Source: Chiloscyllium plagiosum | Taxonomy: Eukaryota | Reading direction: 5' to 3' | NCBI RefSeq assembly: GCF_004010195.1 | Contig: NC_057753.1 | Location: 1,370,760 to 1,430,313 of the forward strand | DNA: 59,554 bases | Part shown: piece after piece, positions 35,633 to 48,044 of the stretch | Numbering within the stretch: the first letter of the stretch is position 1 | Layout: each line of letters starts with the position of its first letter | Notes under the pieces: generated by a model | Databases searched by the model: none | The model's input: the letters and a program-made list of their open reading frames with translations, nothing else | What the model was told of the DNA's origin: nothing | Translations under genes and position numbers: made by a program

Positions 35633-36811
35633 CAGAGGAACCTCAATTATCCGAATGAGATGGGCGGGCACTATTTCGTTTGGATAATTGATTATTCGGT
35701 TAATTGATTTCCTCTGGGGCTCGGAGATTTCTGTGAAAGTTTGCTCCCCGTTCAGGAGACTAAGCAAAAGCACACAGTGCGTGAGACCCCACACCCCCGC
35801 CTGAACCCGAACCCCAACCCCATCCGCTCCCACCCCGCACCCCTGCCCGTCCCCCAACCCTGCTCCCCCAACCCCGCAGCTACGTCCATTCCCACCCACC
35901 ATCCGCACTCCCCCCTCCCCCTCGGGGTAGCCGGACTGTACACCAACAGTCAGACTGCTGCTGCTTTTGTGGGTTAAGTCTCCAAATAGAGCACACACAC
36001 ACACACACACACACCCCAAACACACACACATACCCCACACACACACACATGCACGCACCCACACACACACACATGCACGCACCCACACACACACACATGC
36101 ACGCACCCACACACACACACATGCACGCACCCACACACACACACATGCACGCACCCACACACACACACATGCACGCACCCACACACACACACATGCACGC
36201 ACCCACACACACACACATGCACGCACCCACACACACACACATGCACGCACCCACACACACACACATGCACGCACCCACACACACACACATGCACGCACCC
36301 ACACACACACACATGCACGCACCCACACACACACACATGCACGCACCCACACACACACACATGCACGCACCCACACACACACACATGCACGCACCCACAC
36401 ACACACACATGCACGCACCCACACACACACACATGCACGCACGCACACACGCGCACACACACACACACACACGCACACACACACACACACACAATGTTTT
36501 GACAGGTTCCACCTCTGCCCTCTACAGGACAATGTTGGAGAGATTATCTGGGGAAGGGGGGGTTTATGTGTAGAACTCCAGGGAAAGTGTGGGGAGAGAT
36601 AGAGTCATGAGGTCAGTCATTTAGAGACGATGCCTGGACTGTGCAGGACTGTTCTCGGCAGCATTTCCGTGAGTCGAGTTTGTTTTTAATCATTGTACCT
36701 GTAAGCAAAAGACACAATCAGGGTTGAAACAGCTCTTTGACATAATGTTTCTATCGGTACCTTGAGATCCCCTTCGGATAATCCGATATTTGGATAATCG
36801 AGGTTGCTCTG
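35633..36811. mobile_element. Non-autonomous Tc1/mariner (pogo/Tigger-type) DNA transposon
   Basis: TIRs cagaggaacctcaattatccgaat / atttggataatcgaggttgctctg; TA target duplication at 35631-35632 and 36812-36813; removing it restores the ZNF linker caggtgaatagttgcttcccagtgtg. Confidence 0.9.
36037..36445. repeat. 24-bp tandem repeat (atgcacgcacccacacacacacac), 16 perfect copies, inside a CA microsatellite
   Basis: Exact period 24 from 36049 to 36432. Confidence 0.95.
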
Positions 36812-36854
36812 TAGTTGCTTCCCAGTGTGAACTCGCTGGTGTGTCACCAGGGCA

Positions 36855-37157
36855 GATTAGATTAGATTACCTACAGTGTGGAAACAGGCCCTTTGGCCCC
36901 ACAAGTCCACACCGACCCGCCGAAGCGCAACCCAACCAGACCCATTCCCCCCTTCACCTAACACTACGGGCAATTTAGCGCGGCCAATTCATCTAACCTG
37001 CACATTTTTGGATTGTGGGAGGAAACCAGAGCACCCGGAGGAAACCCACGCAGACACGGGGAGAATGTGCAAACTCCACACAGAGAGTCGCCTGACACGG
37101 GAATTGGACCTGGGTGCACTTGTGCTGTGAGGCAGCAGTGCTAACCACCGTGCCACT
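36855..37157 (-). mobile_element. HE1 SINE inserted in a zinc finger
   Basis: (attag)n tail; splits the gggcagat|gactgagtaaatccc motif seen intact at ~35585-35607. Confidence 0.95.
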
Positions 37158-38104
37158 GACTAAATCCCTTCCAACACTTGGGAAGCAGGTGAATAGTCGC
37201 TTCCCAGTGTGAATTCACTCGTGTGTTGGCAGATTAGTTGAGCAAGTAAATCCCTTCCCACATTCAGGGCGGGTGAATGGCCTCTCCCTAATGTGACTGC
37301 ACTGATGAATTTCCATGTGGGATGGATAATTGAATTCCTTCCCACAGTCCCCGCATTTCCATGGTTTCTCAGTGTGAATGCTGTTTTTTTTTGCTTCCAT
37401 GATCGAAGCCTGGTGAATTCATTCAGGTCCTGATGAATTGAACACAAAGTGGCCTTCGACTCGAATTTCTAAACTGCAATCATTCACCATCGTTTCCTGT
37501 GAACTGTACTTGAAATAGAAGTAAGGAAATGTGACGGAGAACTCAAAAACAAAGGCAGAATGGAACAAATCAGCTGAATAAATCTGTTAATTTGCAGGGT
37601 TGGGGAGAGGATAATGTGATGATGAAAGCTGCTGGATTTCTGTAATGTCCTCCAGGAAAGGGGATCCGTCACCCAGTCTGGACAACACTTCAGACTCATG
37701 TCGGAGAACAAAGATGGAGGAGTGGGAAAGGAGACAGGCTTCAGCTCTCCGCAGTTGGACCAGAATGTCTCAAACTCACTAAACTGGAAGGATTGGAGCA
37801 GCCGCTGCACGGGAAAACCATCACTTCCAGGATACTCAGCAACAGGTTCAGGCTGGAGAGAGATGATTCACCCCCTCCATGTGTCAAGCTGCTGAGAAAT
37901 ATAGTGAACTATAGAAGCATGGGAGCAGGAGTCGGCTATTTGACTCAGTGAGACCAGAAGTTGCTGCAGGAGTTGAATTTTGCGGTTACTCACATCCAGG
38001 ATTGAACCATGTTCAGTTTGACATTGGGGTTTACTTTACCTACAGCTGGGATAGGATTTAGGATTTTGGCAATTGGTTTACTGCATTTTATAATTGAGAC
38101 AGCA

Positions 38105-39915
38105 AACAGAACATAGAGCATTACAGCGCAGTACAGGCCCTTCGGCCCTCGATGTTGTGCCGACCTGTGGAACCAATGTGAAACCCATCTAACCTACACT
38201 ATTCCATTCTTGTCCGTATGTCTGTCCAATGACTATTTAAATACCTGCAAGGTTGGTGAGGCTACTACTGTTGCAGGCAGTGTGTTCCACACCCCAACTA
38301 CTCTCTGAGTAAAGAGACTACCTCTGACATCTGTCTGGATCTATCACCCCTCAGTTTAAAGCTATGACCACTTGTGCAAGCCATCGTTATTTGAGGAAAA
38401 AGGCTCTCCCTGTCCACCCTATCTAACCCTCTGATTATCTTATATGTCTCAATTAAGTCGCCTCTCAACCTTCTCTCTAACGAAAACAGTCTGAAGTCCC
38501 TCATCCTTTCCTCGTAAGACCTCATAAGACTCACAGGCCACAATCAGTGAAGATTGGGGACAATATTTCTTCCTCACTAACACTCAACACTGGAGACCCC
38601 CCCAGGGGTGCATACTCAGCCCCCTACTGCACTCGCTATATATCCATGATTGTGTCGCCAAATACCAGACTAATGCCATTTACAAGTTCACTGGTGACAC
38701 CACCATAGTCGGTCGAATCTCAGATGGCAACGAAACAGACTACAGACGGGAGGTGGAAGACCTGGAAAAATGGTGCACTGAGAACAACCTAGCTCTCAAT
38801 GCCGGCAAAAGCAAGGAACTCATTACTGACTTTCGGCAGGATGTTACTCGTGCCCCCCTACACATTAGCAAGAGTGAGATGGAACAAGTGCAGAGTGTCA
38901 AGCTCCTGGGAGTGGTCATCCCCAACAAGCTTTCTTGGACTCTTCATGTGGACGCACTGGTTACAAAGGCCCAACAACATCTCTTCTTCCTCAGGCAGCT
39001 GAGGAAATTTGGCATGACGGCAAATACCCTTGCCAACTTTTATAGGTGTGCCATCAAGAGCATTCTGTCTGGATGTATCACTACCTGGTATGGTAACAGT
39101 ACCATTCAAGATCGGAGACGGTTACAGAGAGTGATGAACTCGGCCCGGACACTCACAAAGGCCAACCTCCCATCTATAGAATCCATCTCCCAGGCCCGCT
39201 GTCAAGGAAAGGCCACCAGCATTCTCAAAGATCCATCCCACCCTGGCAATGTTTTTCTACAACCTCTACCATTAGGGAGAAGGTACAGAAGCCTGACCAC
39301 ACGCACCAGCCGGTTTTGCAACAGTTTCTACCCGACTGTTGTTAGAATACTGAATGGACTCACAAACTCATAACATTCGCCTGTACTTGTGTTTTTGTTT
39401 GTGCCGCTGTTTACCTATTATTTACTTATCTGTGCTCCTTAACTCTGTGACCTGCCTGTATTGCTCGCAAGACAAAGCTTTTCACTGTGCCTCGGTACAC
39501 GTGACAATAAATTCAATTCAATTCAATTCCCTCCATACCAGGCAACATCCTAGTAAATCTTCTCTGAACCCTTTCCAAAGCGTCCACATCCTTTTGATAA
39601 TGCGGTGACCAGAACTGTACGCAACAATCCAAATGTGGCTGCACCCAGAGTTTTGTACAGCTGCAGCATGACCTCGTGGCTCTGAAACTCAATCCCTCTA
39701 TCAAAAAAAGCTGACACACCACATGCCTTCTTAACAACCCTATCAACCTGGGTGGCAACTTTCAGGGATCTGCGCACATGGAGACAGAGATGTCTCTGCT
39801 CATCTACACTGCCAAGAATCTTACCATTAGCCCAGTACTCTGCATTCCAAAGTGAATCACCTCACACTTTTCCGCATTAAACTCCATTTGCCACCTCTCA
39901 GCCCAGCTCTGCAGC
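38105..39915 (-). mobile_element. CR1 RT/3' end split by a Rex1 insertion
   Basis: FSLERRLRGDLIETYKIIRGLDRV; PHLDCCVQFWSPHYQKDVDALERVQRRFTRMLPG. Confidence 0.9.
38531..39528 (+). mobile_element. Rex1/Babar-type LINE, 5' truncated (RT C-terminus)
   Basis: QGCILSPLL..YKFTGDTT; WCTENNLALN; KAQQHLFFLRQLRKFG..NFYRCAIKSILSGCITTWYG; tail aataaa(ttcaa)n. Confidence 0.9.
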
Positions 39916-40169
39916 CGATCTAAGTCTCAGCGAAACGAAGCATTGTTTTTCAGGCTGACCTCGGAAAAGTTTAAAGATGAAAATAAAACAATGGTTGGTT
40001 TGTACTTTCTGCATTTTCTTTATGAGCTCAGAGCTCACGATGTGATCTGTTCCAGCAGACACCGATTGCGTGATGAGACCACAGAACAATAAGCATTCAG
40101 CCTGCAAGCTGGACTCTGAGCTTCTGATCGTTTAACATTTCCATTTTCTGCTCCATTCCCATTCTGTAC

Positions 40170-40285
40170 TCAGCTTAATGCACTGCTCCAGTGACGCTCA
40201 AAGGTGGGGGGGTCAAGGAACAGCAGCTCATCTTTCAGTTGGTCACTTTCCAACCTTCCGAGCTTGTCACGGAGTTCAGCTGTTC
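40170..40285 (+). mobile_element. Eroded Penelope GIY-YIG C-terminal remnant
   Basis: EQQLIFQLVTFQPSELVTEF resembles the PLE EQHLIFRLGTLQP motif. Confidence 0.55.
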
Positions 40286-40400
40286 CTGCACCAACAGAGA
40301 GTTGTCAGGATCTCAAACACTTACCCTGGAAAGGTGCTGTAACATAACACTATGTTGAGACGAGGCCTGCTCATCCTTGATTTCCCACCCAGTCGAAAGA

Positions 40401-41287
40401 TTTGATTTGGAGATGCCGGTGTTGGACTGGGGTGTACAAAGTTAAAAATCACACAATACCATGTTATAGTCCGACTGGTTTATTTGGAAGCACTAGCTTT
40501 CGAAGCATTGCTCCTTCATCAGGTAGTTGTGGAGTATAAGATCATAAGACATAGAATTTATAGCAAAAGTTTACCGTGTGATGTAACTGAACTTATATGT
40601 TGAAAAAGATCTGGATTGTTTAAGTCTCTCATCTGTTAGAACTGGTTTTATTTCTTTCATATGTAAATCACAATACATTTTTAAAGTTATATTCTCAAGT
40701 GAACTTTAACAATTGGTGCCATGTCGGCCCAGATAATGCATTGAAGGTGTGAGGTGTCCTGTGTGAGGCTGACTGTGCCCCAATGTTCAGACTGATTCTC
40801 ATCTAAAAAAGGGATTTACAGAATCTTACATGGATTCATGCAGTTTTTGAGCAAAATAAAATGTAATTCTGCAAGTACAAATTCACCCCACAAACTTATA
40901 TGTGTGTGTGCGCACGCTTGCGTGCATGTGGGTGTGTGTGTGGGGAGGTGGGTTATGAGTGTCTGTGAGAGAGTGTGTGTATATGTGTGAGTGTAAGAGG
41001 GTGCGTGTGCGTGTGTGAGTGTATGTGTGAGCGTATGAGAGAGAGCTTGTGAATGAGAGAGGGTCTGCGTGTGTGTAAGAGTGTGTGTCTGTATAGGAGT
41101 GACTGTGTGTCTCTGTCTCTGTGTGTGTGTGTGTCTGTCTGAGCGTGTGCATCTATGTGTGTGTCTGTGTCTAAACTTTTGCTATAAATTCTGCGTCTTA
41201 TGATCTTATATTCCACAACCACCTGATGAAGGAGCAGCGCTTCGAAATCAACCTGTTGGACTATAACCTGATGTTGTGTGATTTTTA
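40401..41287. mobile_element. Penelope-like non-autonomous element with inverted pLTR and ~14-bp TSD
   Basis: acccagtcgaaaga (40387-40400) vs acccagtggaaaga (41288-41301); 41173-41287 is an inverted copy of ~40441-40573; internal TG/GA microsatellite at 40900-41172. Confidence 0.85.
40488..40528 (-). ncRNA. Minimal type I hammerhead ribozyme core
   Basis: Minus strand: aacuac CUGAUGA a GGAGC aau GCUUC GAAA GCUA gugcuu; the changes keep pairing through G-U. Confidence 0.7.
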
Positions 41288-41399
41288 ACCCAGTGGAAAG
41301 AGTTTGCCTAACTCCCCTATCAGTCGCCAATCACATCTGAAAAACTTTGAGCAAAATCATGCTTTGAATTCCATTGAATACCTTTCTCCTGGTGATGTA

Positions 41400-41840
41400 T
41401 TTTAGCCAAAGAGATAGGAAGAGGCAATATATAATAAATGGGACAATTTTAAAGAGAGTGTAGGTACTGAGGGATTTGTGTTACATGTACACAGATCTTT
41501 GAGATATTTTCTTTTATTAGGAAAGCAAATTGTATCTCGAGCTTCATGAAAATTAATATTAAGGTCAAAAGAATGCAAGTAATGTTGAATATTTCTAAAA
41601 CTCTCAGTAGGCCACAGTTCGAGTGCTGTGTTTAATTCTGGTCACAACTTAAAACATAGGTGTGAGGATCCGTTAAGGCATGCAGAGGAAATTTATCAGA
41701 ATGGATTCAGTAAAGTGCCAGAAGATTTGATAGACATACAGGATTTTTAAACTGATTAAAGTTAAGGAAAGACAATCATTTTCCATGAGCTGACTGTATG
41801 CAGACGACAGGCAGATTAAGGTAAGAGGCAGGGATTTGGT
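41400..41840 (+). mobile_element. Old CR1 3' remnant
   Basis: Eroded RPQFECCV*FWS motif. Confidence 0.55.
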
Positions 41841-41847
41841 GAGCAGA

Positions 41848-42600
41848 AAGTGAGGACTGCAGATACTGGAGATCAGAGTTGAGAGTGTGGTGCTGGAAAA
41901 GCACAGCAGGCCCGGCAGCATCTGAGGAGCTGAATTGACATTTCGGGCAAAGGCCCTTCATCAGGAATGAGGCTGTGAGCCAATGGGGTGGAGAGATAAA
42001 TGGGAAGGGGGGAGGGGTCTGGGGGGGAAGGTGATTGGTTGGAGAGGAGGGTGGAGCGGATAGATGGGAAGGAAGATTGGCAGGTGGGACAGGTCATGAG
42101 GGTGGTGCTGAGCCGGAAGGTTGGAACTGGGGGGAGGGGAAATGAGGAAACTGGTGGAGTCCACATTGATGCCCTGGGGTTGGAGGGTCCTGAGGCGGAA
42201 GATGAGGCGTTCGTCCTCCAGACATCAGGTGGTGAGGGAGTGGTGATGGAGGAGGCCCAGGACCTGCATGTCCTCGGCAGAGTGGGAGGGGGAGTTGAAG
42301 TGTTCAGCCACTGGGTGTTGGGGTTGGCTGGTGTGGGTGTCCCGGAGATGTTCTCTGAAGCGTTCTGCGAGTAGGCGTCCGATCTCCCCAACGTAGAGGA
42401 GACCACATCGGGAGCAACGGATACAGTAAATGACTTGTGTGGAAGTGCAGGTGAAACTTTGATGGATGTGGAAGGCTCCTTTGGGGCCTTGGACAGAGGT
42501 GAGGGGGGAAGTGTGGGCACAGGTTTTACAGTTCCTGCGGTGGCAGGGGAAGGTGACAGAGGGAGGATGGGTTGAACCTTTTCCAGCACCACACTTTTGA
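41848..42600 (-). mobile_element. Penelope-like element: GIY-YIG endonuclease fragment, pLTR with hammerhead core, short inverted pLTR
   Basis: CKTC..FTCTSTQVIYCIRCSRCGLLYVGEIGRLLAERFREH..VAEHFN; core cCUGAUGAaGGGCcuuuGCCCGAAAUGUC at ~41936-41966; cttttccagcaccacact at ~42578 inverts ~41884-41901. Confidence 0.9.
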
Positions 42601-43359
42601 CTGTGGTTTGTATGGACCCTGGCACTGTGTGTTCCTGTCTGTGATGCCATCATGCAGTGACAATTTCACGGTGACATCACCCACTCCCTGGGGGATTTCC
42701 TCAACGGTGTGGTTTTTCCCTGACTCCAGTGCTTGATGTCTTATCAGCTGTAGGCTCCAGGAGGGGATTTTAAAACTGAAGACCGTGAACTAACTTCATA
42801 AATGTTCATCTCGATAACTGTGCAACTTCGAGGTTTTAGTGCTGTGCTTTGTTATCTGTGTGAGATTCCATGGTTCTGGAGTTGCTGTCTCTCCTTTACT
42901 GTGGATCTGAGTTCACGTCCACACATTGTTCTGTTTGCCTCTGCCTTCCACAATACCCTCCCTGACATTGGCTGAATTAATCTGTCTCTATTAATGGCTG
43001 TATTTTACCTCCTTTTAGTATTTCACTGTTACTTAAACTGACTTGTGTTTAACCAACGTTCCATCTCGCTCACCCCTACCCATGTGCTGCCTCCCAGCTT
43101 TAACTGTGTGATGGACCAGGCCAGACCCTCTCAAAACATTTTAAGAAGGTAGCCCCGGACCCTAACTTTGATTTAATTGCGGCTTGTGTTGTAGCTGCAC
43201 TGGATATTTAACACTATCATTAATTGTTCAAAAGAAGAACAAGCCCCAGTTATAGCAAGCTTACCTCGCAATTAAACTTCCTCCTTCCTTGAATGGGATA
43301 GAGGGAGTGGAGCTTATTGAAGGGATAGAACACAGTGGCTTCAATCTTCTCAATAAAGG

Positions 43360-43710
43360 GTCATAAAGTCATACAGAATGGAACTAGACCCTTCGGCCCA
43401 ACTTGTCCATGCAGATCCTGTTTCCCAAACTAAACTATTTTCATTTTCCCGCATCTGGCCCATATCCCTCTAAACCTTTCCTTTCCATGTACCTGTCTAA
43501 ATGTCTTTTAAGTGTTGAAACTGTACCAGCCTCCACCAGTTCCTCTGGCAGTTCGTTCCACACACGCACCACCCTGTGTGAAAAAGTTGTCCCTCAGGTC
43601 CCTTTTAAATCTTTCTCCTCTCATCTTAAACCTATAGTTTTGGAATCTCCTACTCTGGGGAGTAGACCTTTGTTATTCACCTTAGCTATCCCCCTCATGG
43701 TTTTATAAAG
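43360..43710 (-). mobile_element. CR1 3' end
   Basis: Same 3' motif set as other copies. Confidence 0.85.
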
Positions 43711-44137
43711 AAGAAGTTTGTGTATATCCTATACTAGATATCTGAGAAGCCAGGATGGTGTGTGACTGGGAAGGAAGTTGGAGGTGATAGTGTTCACCTC
43801 CACCTGCCAACCTGGCCCTTCACGGTGGTGGAGGTTGGGAGTTTCAGAGATTCTGTCAGAATTCTATTTGAGTTATGGATAGATCAAATATTTCTCCTTC
43901 ACCCCTGTCTCTTCTCCCACCAGAGTCTTGGGTTTGGCCAGATCAGGTGGCAAGTTTTCTTCCTTGATGGATAACAGTGAACCAGTTACTGTTTTGTGAC
44001 AATTCAGCCAAATTCAGGGTCACTATTTCCTAGTACCTGCCCTGCAAGTTATCACTTCAATTCCATGCAATTTCACAATCTATTTTTGTATTCTCTTTTG
44101 TTCTCTGTCACTTTTCTTTTAAACATACATTTCATAG

Positions 44138-44415
44138 GGTATTAGGGAGAGGGACGATTTACAGTTGGGAAACTGAAACCAAACATCACATTAACATCTG
44201 ATGGAGTCACACAATTAATGATAAATTGAATATAATCATATTTTGATCATGGATGGGTGTAGCACCATTGACAGTGGGGAGAAACCATTCCCATATTAGT
44301 GCAGTTGAGGCTTCAGTAGAATATCTGGTCTGTCAGGACATAAATACAGTCACAACAGGGACAAACCATGGAAAGGTGTGAAGGGATTCAAGTACTCTTA
44401 TCAACTGGAAATGCT
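44138..44415 (+). pseudogene. Truncated C2H2 zinc-finger pseudogene
   Basis: Acceptor tttcatag at 44137; family leader aaaccaaacatcacat; MDGCSTIDSGEKPF from 44249; HKYSHNRDKPWK..KGFKYSYQLE. Confidence 0.75.
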
Positions 44416-44667
44416 GGCCCAGTCAGCGGTAGCCACATTGTATGTATGAATAATAAATATTAAATCGTCTCAAAGTTACTCAGTTTCAGTGTACTGCCAG
44501 GACTTTCTGTGTTTGCTTCATATTTTCAACATCTACCACTAGTTTTGTTTTCTCAACCAGGAAATGTTGAGCTTGTGGAACTTTTTATAAAGCTGAGGTG
44601 AGATGGAAAATCTCGGGTCCAAACATAATCACTGGTTGCATGCAGAAAAGGATTAGTTACCCCATTT

Positions 44668-45885
44668 AGAACATAGACAAGTGACAGCCCAGGGTGCTGT
44701 GCTGAACATGATGCCAAATTAAACGAATTCCTTCTGCCTGCCCTTGGCCCATACCCTTCTGTTCCTTGCAAATTCACACGCTTATCTAAAAGTCCCTGAA
44801 ATGCCCCTAAGGTATCTGCCTCCACCCCCAGGGGTGCGTTCCAGACTCAAACCATTCTATGTGTAAAAAAACTTTGTCCCTCACATCTCCTTTTAACTGT
44901 CCCCCTCTCATCATCCTAGTATTAAATATTTCAATTCTGGGAAAAAGATTCTGATCGTCAACCCTGCTTATGCATCTCTTAATTCTATAGACATCTATCA
45001 AGACTCCACTGCTCCACTGAAAACAATCTGAGTTTTTCTAGCCTCTCCTTAAAGCTCGTAGCCTCTAATCCAGGCAGCACCCTGGTAAACCTCTTCTGCA
45101 CCCTATCCCAAAACCTCCACATCCTTCCTGCAATGTGGCGAACAGAATTGAAGGTAATACTCTAAGTGTGGCCTAAGCTGCAACACGCCATCCTGATTCT
45201 CGTACTCAGTTCCCTGACCAATAAAGGCAAACATGCCATACGCCTTCTTTACCACCCTATCGAGTTGTGTGGCCACTTCCAGGGAGCTGTGGACTGGAAC
45301 CCCAAGATCCTTCTGTACATCGCCTTTGTGGGCGGCACGGTGGCACAGTGGTTAGCACTGCTGCCTCACAGCGCCAGAGACCCGGGTTCAGTTCCCGCCT
45401 CAGGCGACTGACTGTGTGGAGTTTGCACGTTCTCCCCGTGTCTGCGTGGGTTTCCTCCGGGTGCTCCGGTTTCCTCCCACAGTCCAAAGACGTGCAGGGT
45501 CAGGTGAATTGGCCATGCTAAATTGCCCGTAGTGTTAGGTAAGGGGTAAATGTAGGGGAATGGGTGGGTTGCGCTTCGGCGGGGCGGTGTGGACTTGTTG
45601 GGCCGAAGGGCCTGTTTCCACACTGTAAGTAATCTAAATCTAATCTAATCTAATTTAATCAATGGTGTTCAGGGGCCTGCCATTCACTGTATGGTTTTCT
45701 TTAACATTTGACCTCCCAATGTACAGCACCTCACACTCACCCGGATTAAACTCCATCTGCCATTATTCGGCTGATATCTGCAACCAATCTACGTCCTGCT
45801 GTATCCTTTGACAACCTTCTACACAATCCACAACTCCACCAATCTTTGCAAACTGACTGACCCACCCATCGGCGTGTTCATTTAA
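44668..45885 (-). mobile_element. CR1 RT/3' end containing an HE1 insertion
   Basis: IDVYRIKRCISRVD; RT C-terminal motifs. Confidence 0.85.
45330..45652 (+). mobile_element. Full-length young HE1 SINE
   Basis: gggcggcacggtggcacagtggttagcac; B-box gggttcagttccc; (aatct)n tail. Confidence 0.97.
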
Positions 45886-46003
45886 TCGAATCGATTGAAA
45901 TATCAGCGTCCCCAATCTTCCTGAACAAATACAAGAATGTAAGCCTTCGAATCTGGGCTAACACCAGAGCTGCTGTCTATACTGGTGCCACTGACACCAC
46001 GTT

Positions 46004-46385
46004 GAGTCATAGAGTCATACAGATGTACAGCATGGAAATAGACCCTTCGGTCCAACCCGTCCATCCCAACCGAATCTAGTCCCACCTGCCAGCACCCGGC
46101 CCATATCCCTCCAATCCCTTCCTATTCATATACCCATCCAAATGCTTCTTAAATGTTGCAATTGTACCAGCCTCCACCACTTCCTCTGGCAGCTCATTCC
46201 ATACACGTACCACCCTCTGTGTGAAAAAGTTGCCCCTTAGGCCTCTTTTATATCTTTCCCCTCTCACCCTAAACCTATGCCCTCTAGGTCTGGACTCCCC
46301 TGACCCCAGGGAAAAGACTTTGCCTATTTACCCTATGCATGCCCCTCATAATTTTGTAAACCTCTATAAGGTCACCCCTCAGCCT
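46004..46385 (-). mobile_element. CR1 3' end
   Basis: RGNFFTQRVVRVWNELPEEVVEAGTIATFKKHLDGYMN. Confidence 0.9.
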
Positions 46386-46645
46386 GCGCTGGGCTCACCA
46401 ACATCAAGGTCGCCGCGCTCCGGTGCCATCTCTTACCACTGGGCCCACACTCGCTACCACCACCGATGCCAAAAGCTCCACTGCAGCCAAGCTCCCCACG
46501 GGCAATAGGTAAGAGCGAACTGCGGTGAAAAGACAAGTCAAAACAAAAGAAGGATAATAGACAAAGAGAGATGGACGGAAGAAAGTAGCGGACGAGCAGA
46601 AGCCGGAACTGTGCCACTCTGTTGCGGCCATTTTGGAACTCAAAT
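46386..46645 (-). mobile_element. CpG-rich 5' end of a retroelement
   Basis: Begins aaaatggccgc on the minus strand, followed by a pyrimidine tract; layout similar to 15150-15340 on +. Confidence 0.4.
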
Positions 46646-48044
46646 AGAAACCACATTCAGCAGCGGGGGACCGTCCACAAGATGGAGTGGAGTAGTTCAA
46701 CAAGCCTCGCACCAAGACTCCTTCAATGGGATCTCCCAAACCGGTGACAGCTTTCACCGAGAAAACAAAGGCCGCTACTGCATGGAAAGACCGCCAGCCG
46801 CTTGTTCCCCGCCGACACACTCGTCATCCTGAAATAGATCACCGTTCCCGCAATGTCGCGGAGTCAAAATTCCGGCACTCCCTTCCTCGGAGTGTTGTGG
46901 CTGTCCTGACACCCCAACGATTGTAGCAATCCAAGGAGGGGAGCTCACCACCACACACCGACTGGCAATGGAACATAAACGTTCACCAGCACTACCCACG
47001 AATGAATACAGTAAACTCTCATTCCTTGAAACTGCACTGAAGACCAAGTGTACAGCTATTTCAGACCTTCCCCACAGTAAATTGCTATTAATGGTATATT
47101 AAATCAATGTCATCTTTGACTGTGGGAAAACATTTGCTAACCCACGATAGGCCCAAAAGCAAAATTGGCCAAACTGTACCAGAACACCCAGAATTCCCAA
47201 GCAGCTCACAAGCCGAATCAGACTGCACGTAGACGAGGGAATACACTTTAAGCTCCCACGAATAATGACAGGGCACCCACAGATATCTCAAAGCCCCGAG
47301 GGCAGTTTCACAACCCAGCAATACCAAAGCCACACAAAGAGCAGGTCAGACAGAGAGGCACCAGCAAGGACATGCTCCAGGACAATGGAAGCAGCTCACC
47401 ACATCAGAGGAGACATTAACACCTACTTGTGAAGAGGAATGGAACCATCGATACTGTCAGGATGTTGCATTGTGTGAAGGAACTGGACATCCATCTGATT
47501 TTTTTTTCCCAATTAGCATCCTTGCAACTAAATTACTCCATTTCCAGATACATCGTAGTTTCCCATTTCTTAAGCAGTGTCCTTGTGCAGCATTACTATC
47601 AAACTCATCCTCAGCTCGGGGAAGCAAAATCTTATCTACCTGCAGTTCTGTGTCAGCTGGTCTGTTTCTCTTCCAGCGATATCGCTTGCAATGAACTGTT
47701 TGACAATTTCACTTTGAGCCGTGTTTTGTGTTCTCTAAGCTATTGGGGCAAATTTCTCGGACATTGACTGAATCATTTCTGCCTATTTGCCACCAGACTT
47801 TGAGGAAGTCCTTTTGAACCAGAAACAAATACGGCATTTGGAGCTCAGTTGATCAGGCAAAATCCGTGGAAAGGGCAAAAGGTGACAGACTTTTGGACAC
47901 TTCCTCAAACCTTGTCTGATCTGAGGAATGCTCTGGATCTTAAAAATTGATAGATTTCTTCAAAGATGTTACAGTTTATTTGTTGATTTAACAATTTGAA
48001 GCATTGAGAATAAATTGATAAGAAACATTAACAGTGACTCGGAT

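Larger units (their letters stand above)
34835..37445 (-). pseudogene. C2H2 zinc-finger pseudogene interrupted by a MITE and a SINE
   Basis: MEAKKNSIHTEKPWKCGDCGKEF..THE* from 37400; further fingers at 34850-35630 ([21 protein letters not shown]) with stops and lost His/Cys. Confidence 0.9.

Noticed and set aside
35579..36602. Long Cys/Val- and His/Thr-rich ORFs
   Set aside because: Translations of a CA-based tandem repeat inside a MITE
38753..39373. 206-aa ORF as a host gene
   Set aside because: C-terminus of a 5'-truncated Rex1-type RT inserted inside a CR1
41873..42625. 250-aa Pro/Ser/Thr-rich ORF
   Set aside because: Alternative frame of the Penelope element and its pyrimidine-rich 3' region
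45330..45400. tRNA gene (A and B boxes)
   Set aside because: It is the tRNA-derived head of an HE1 SINE and continues into the SINE body; the same holds for the other copies
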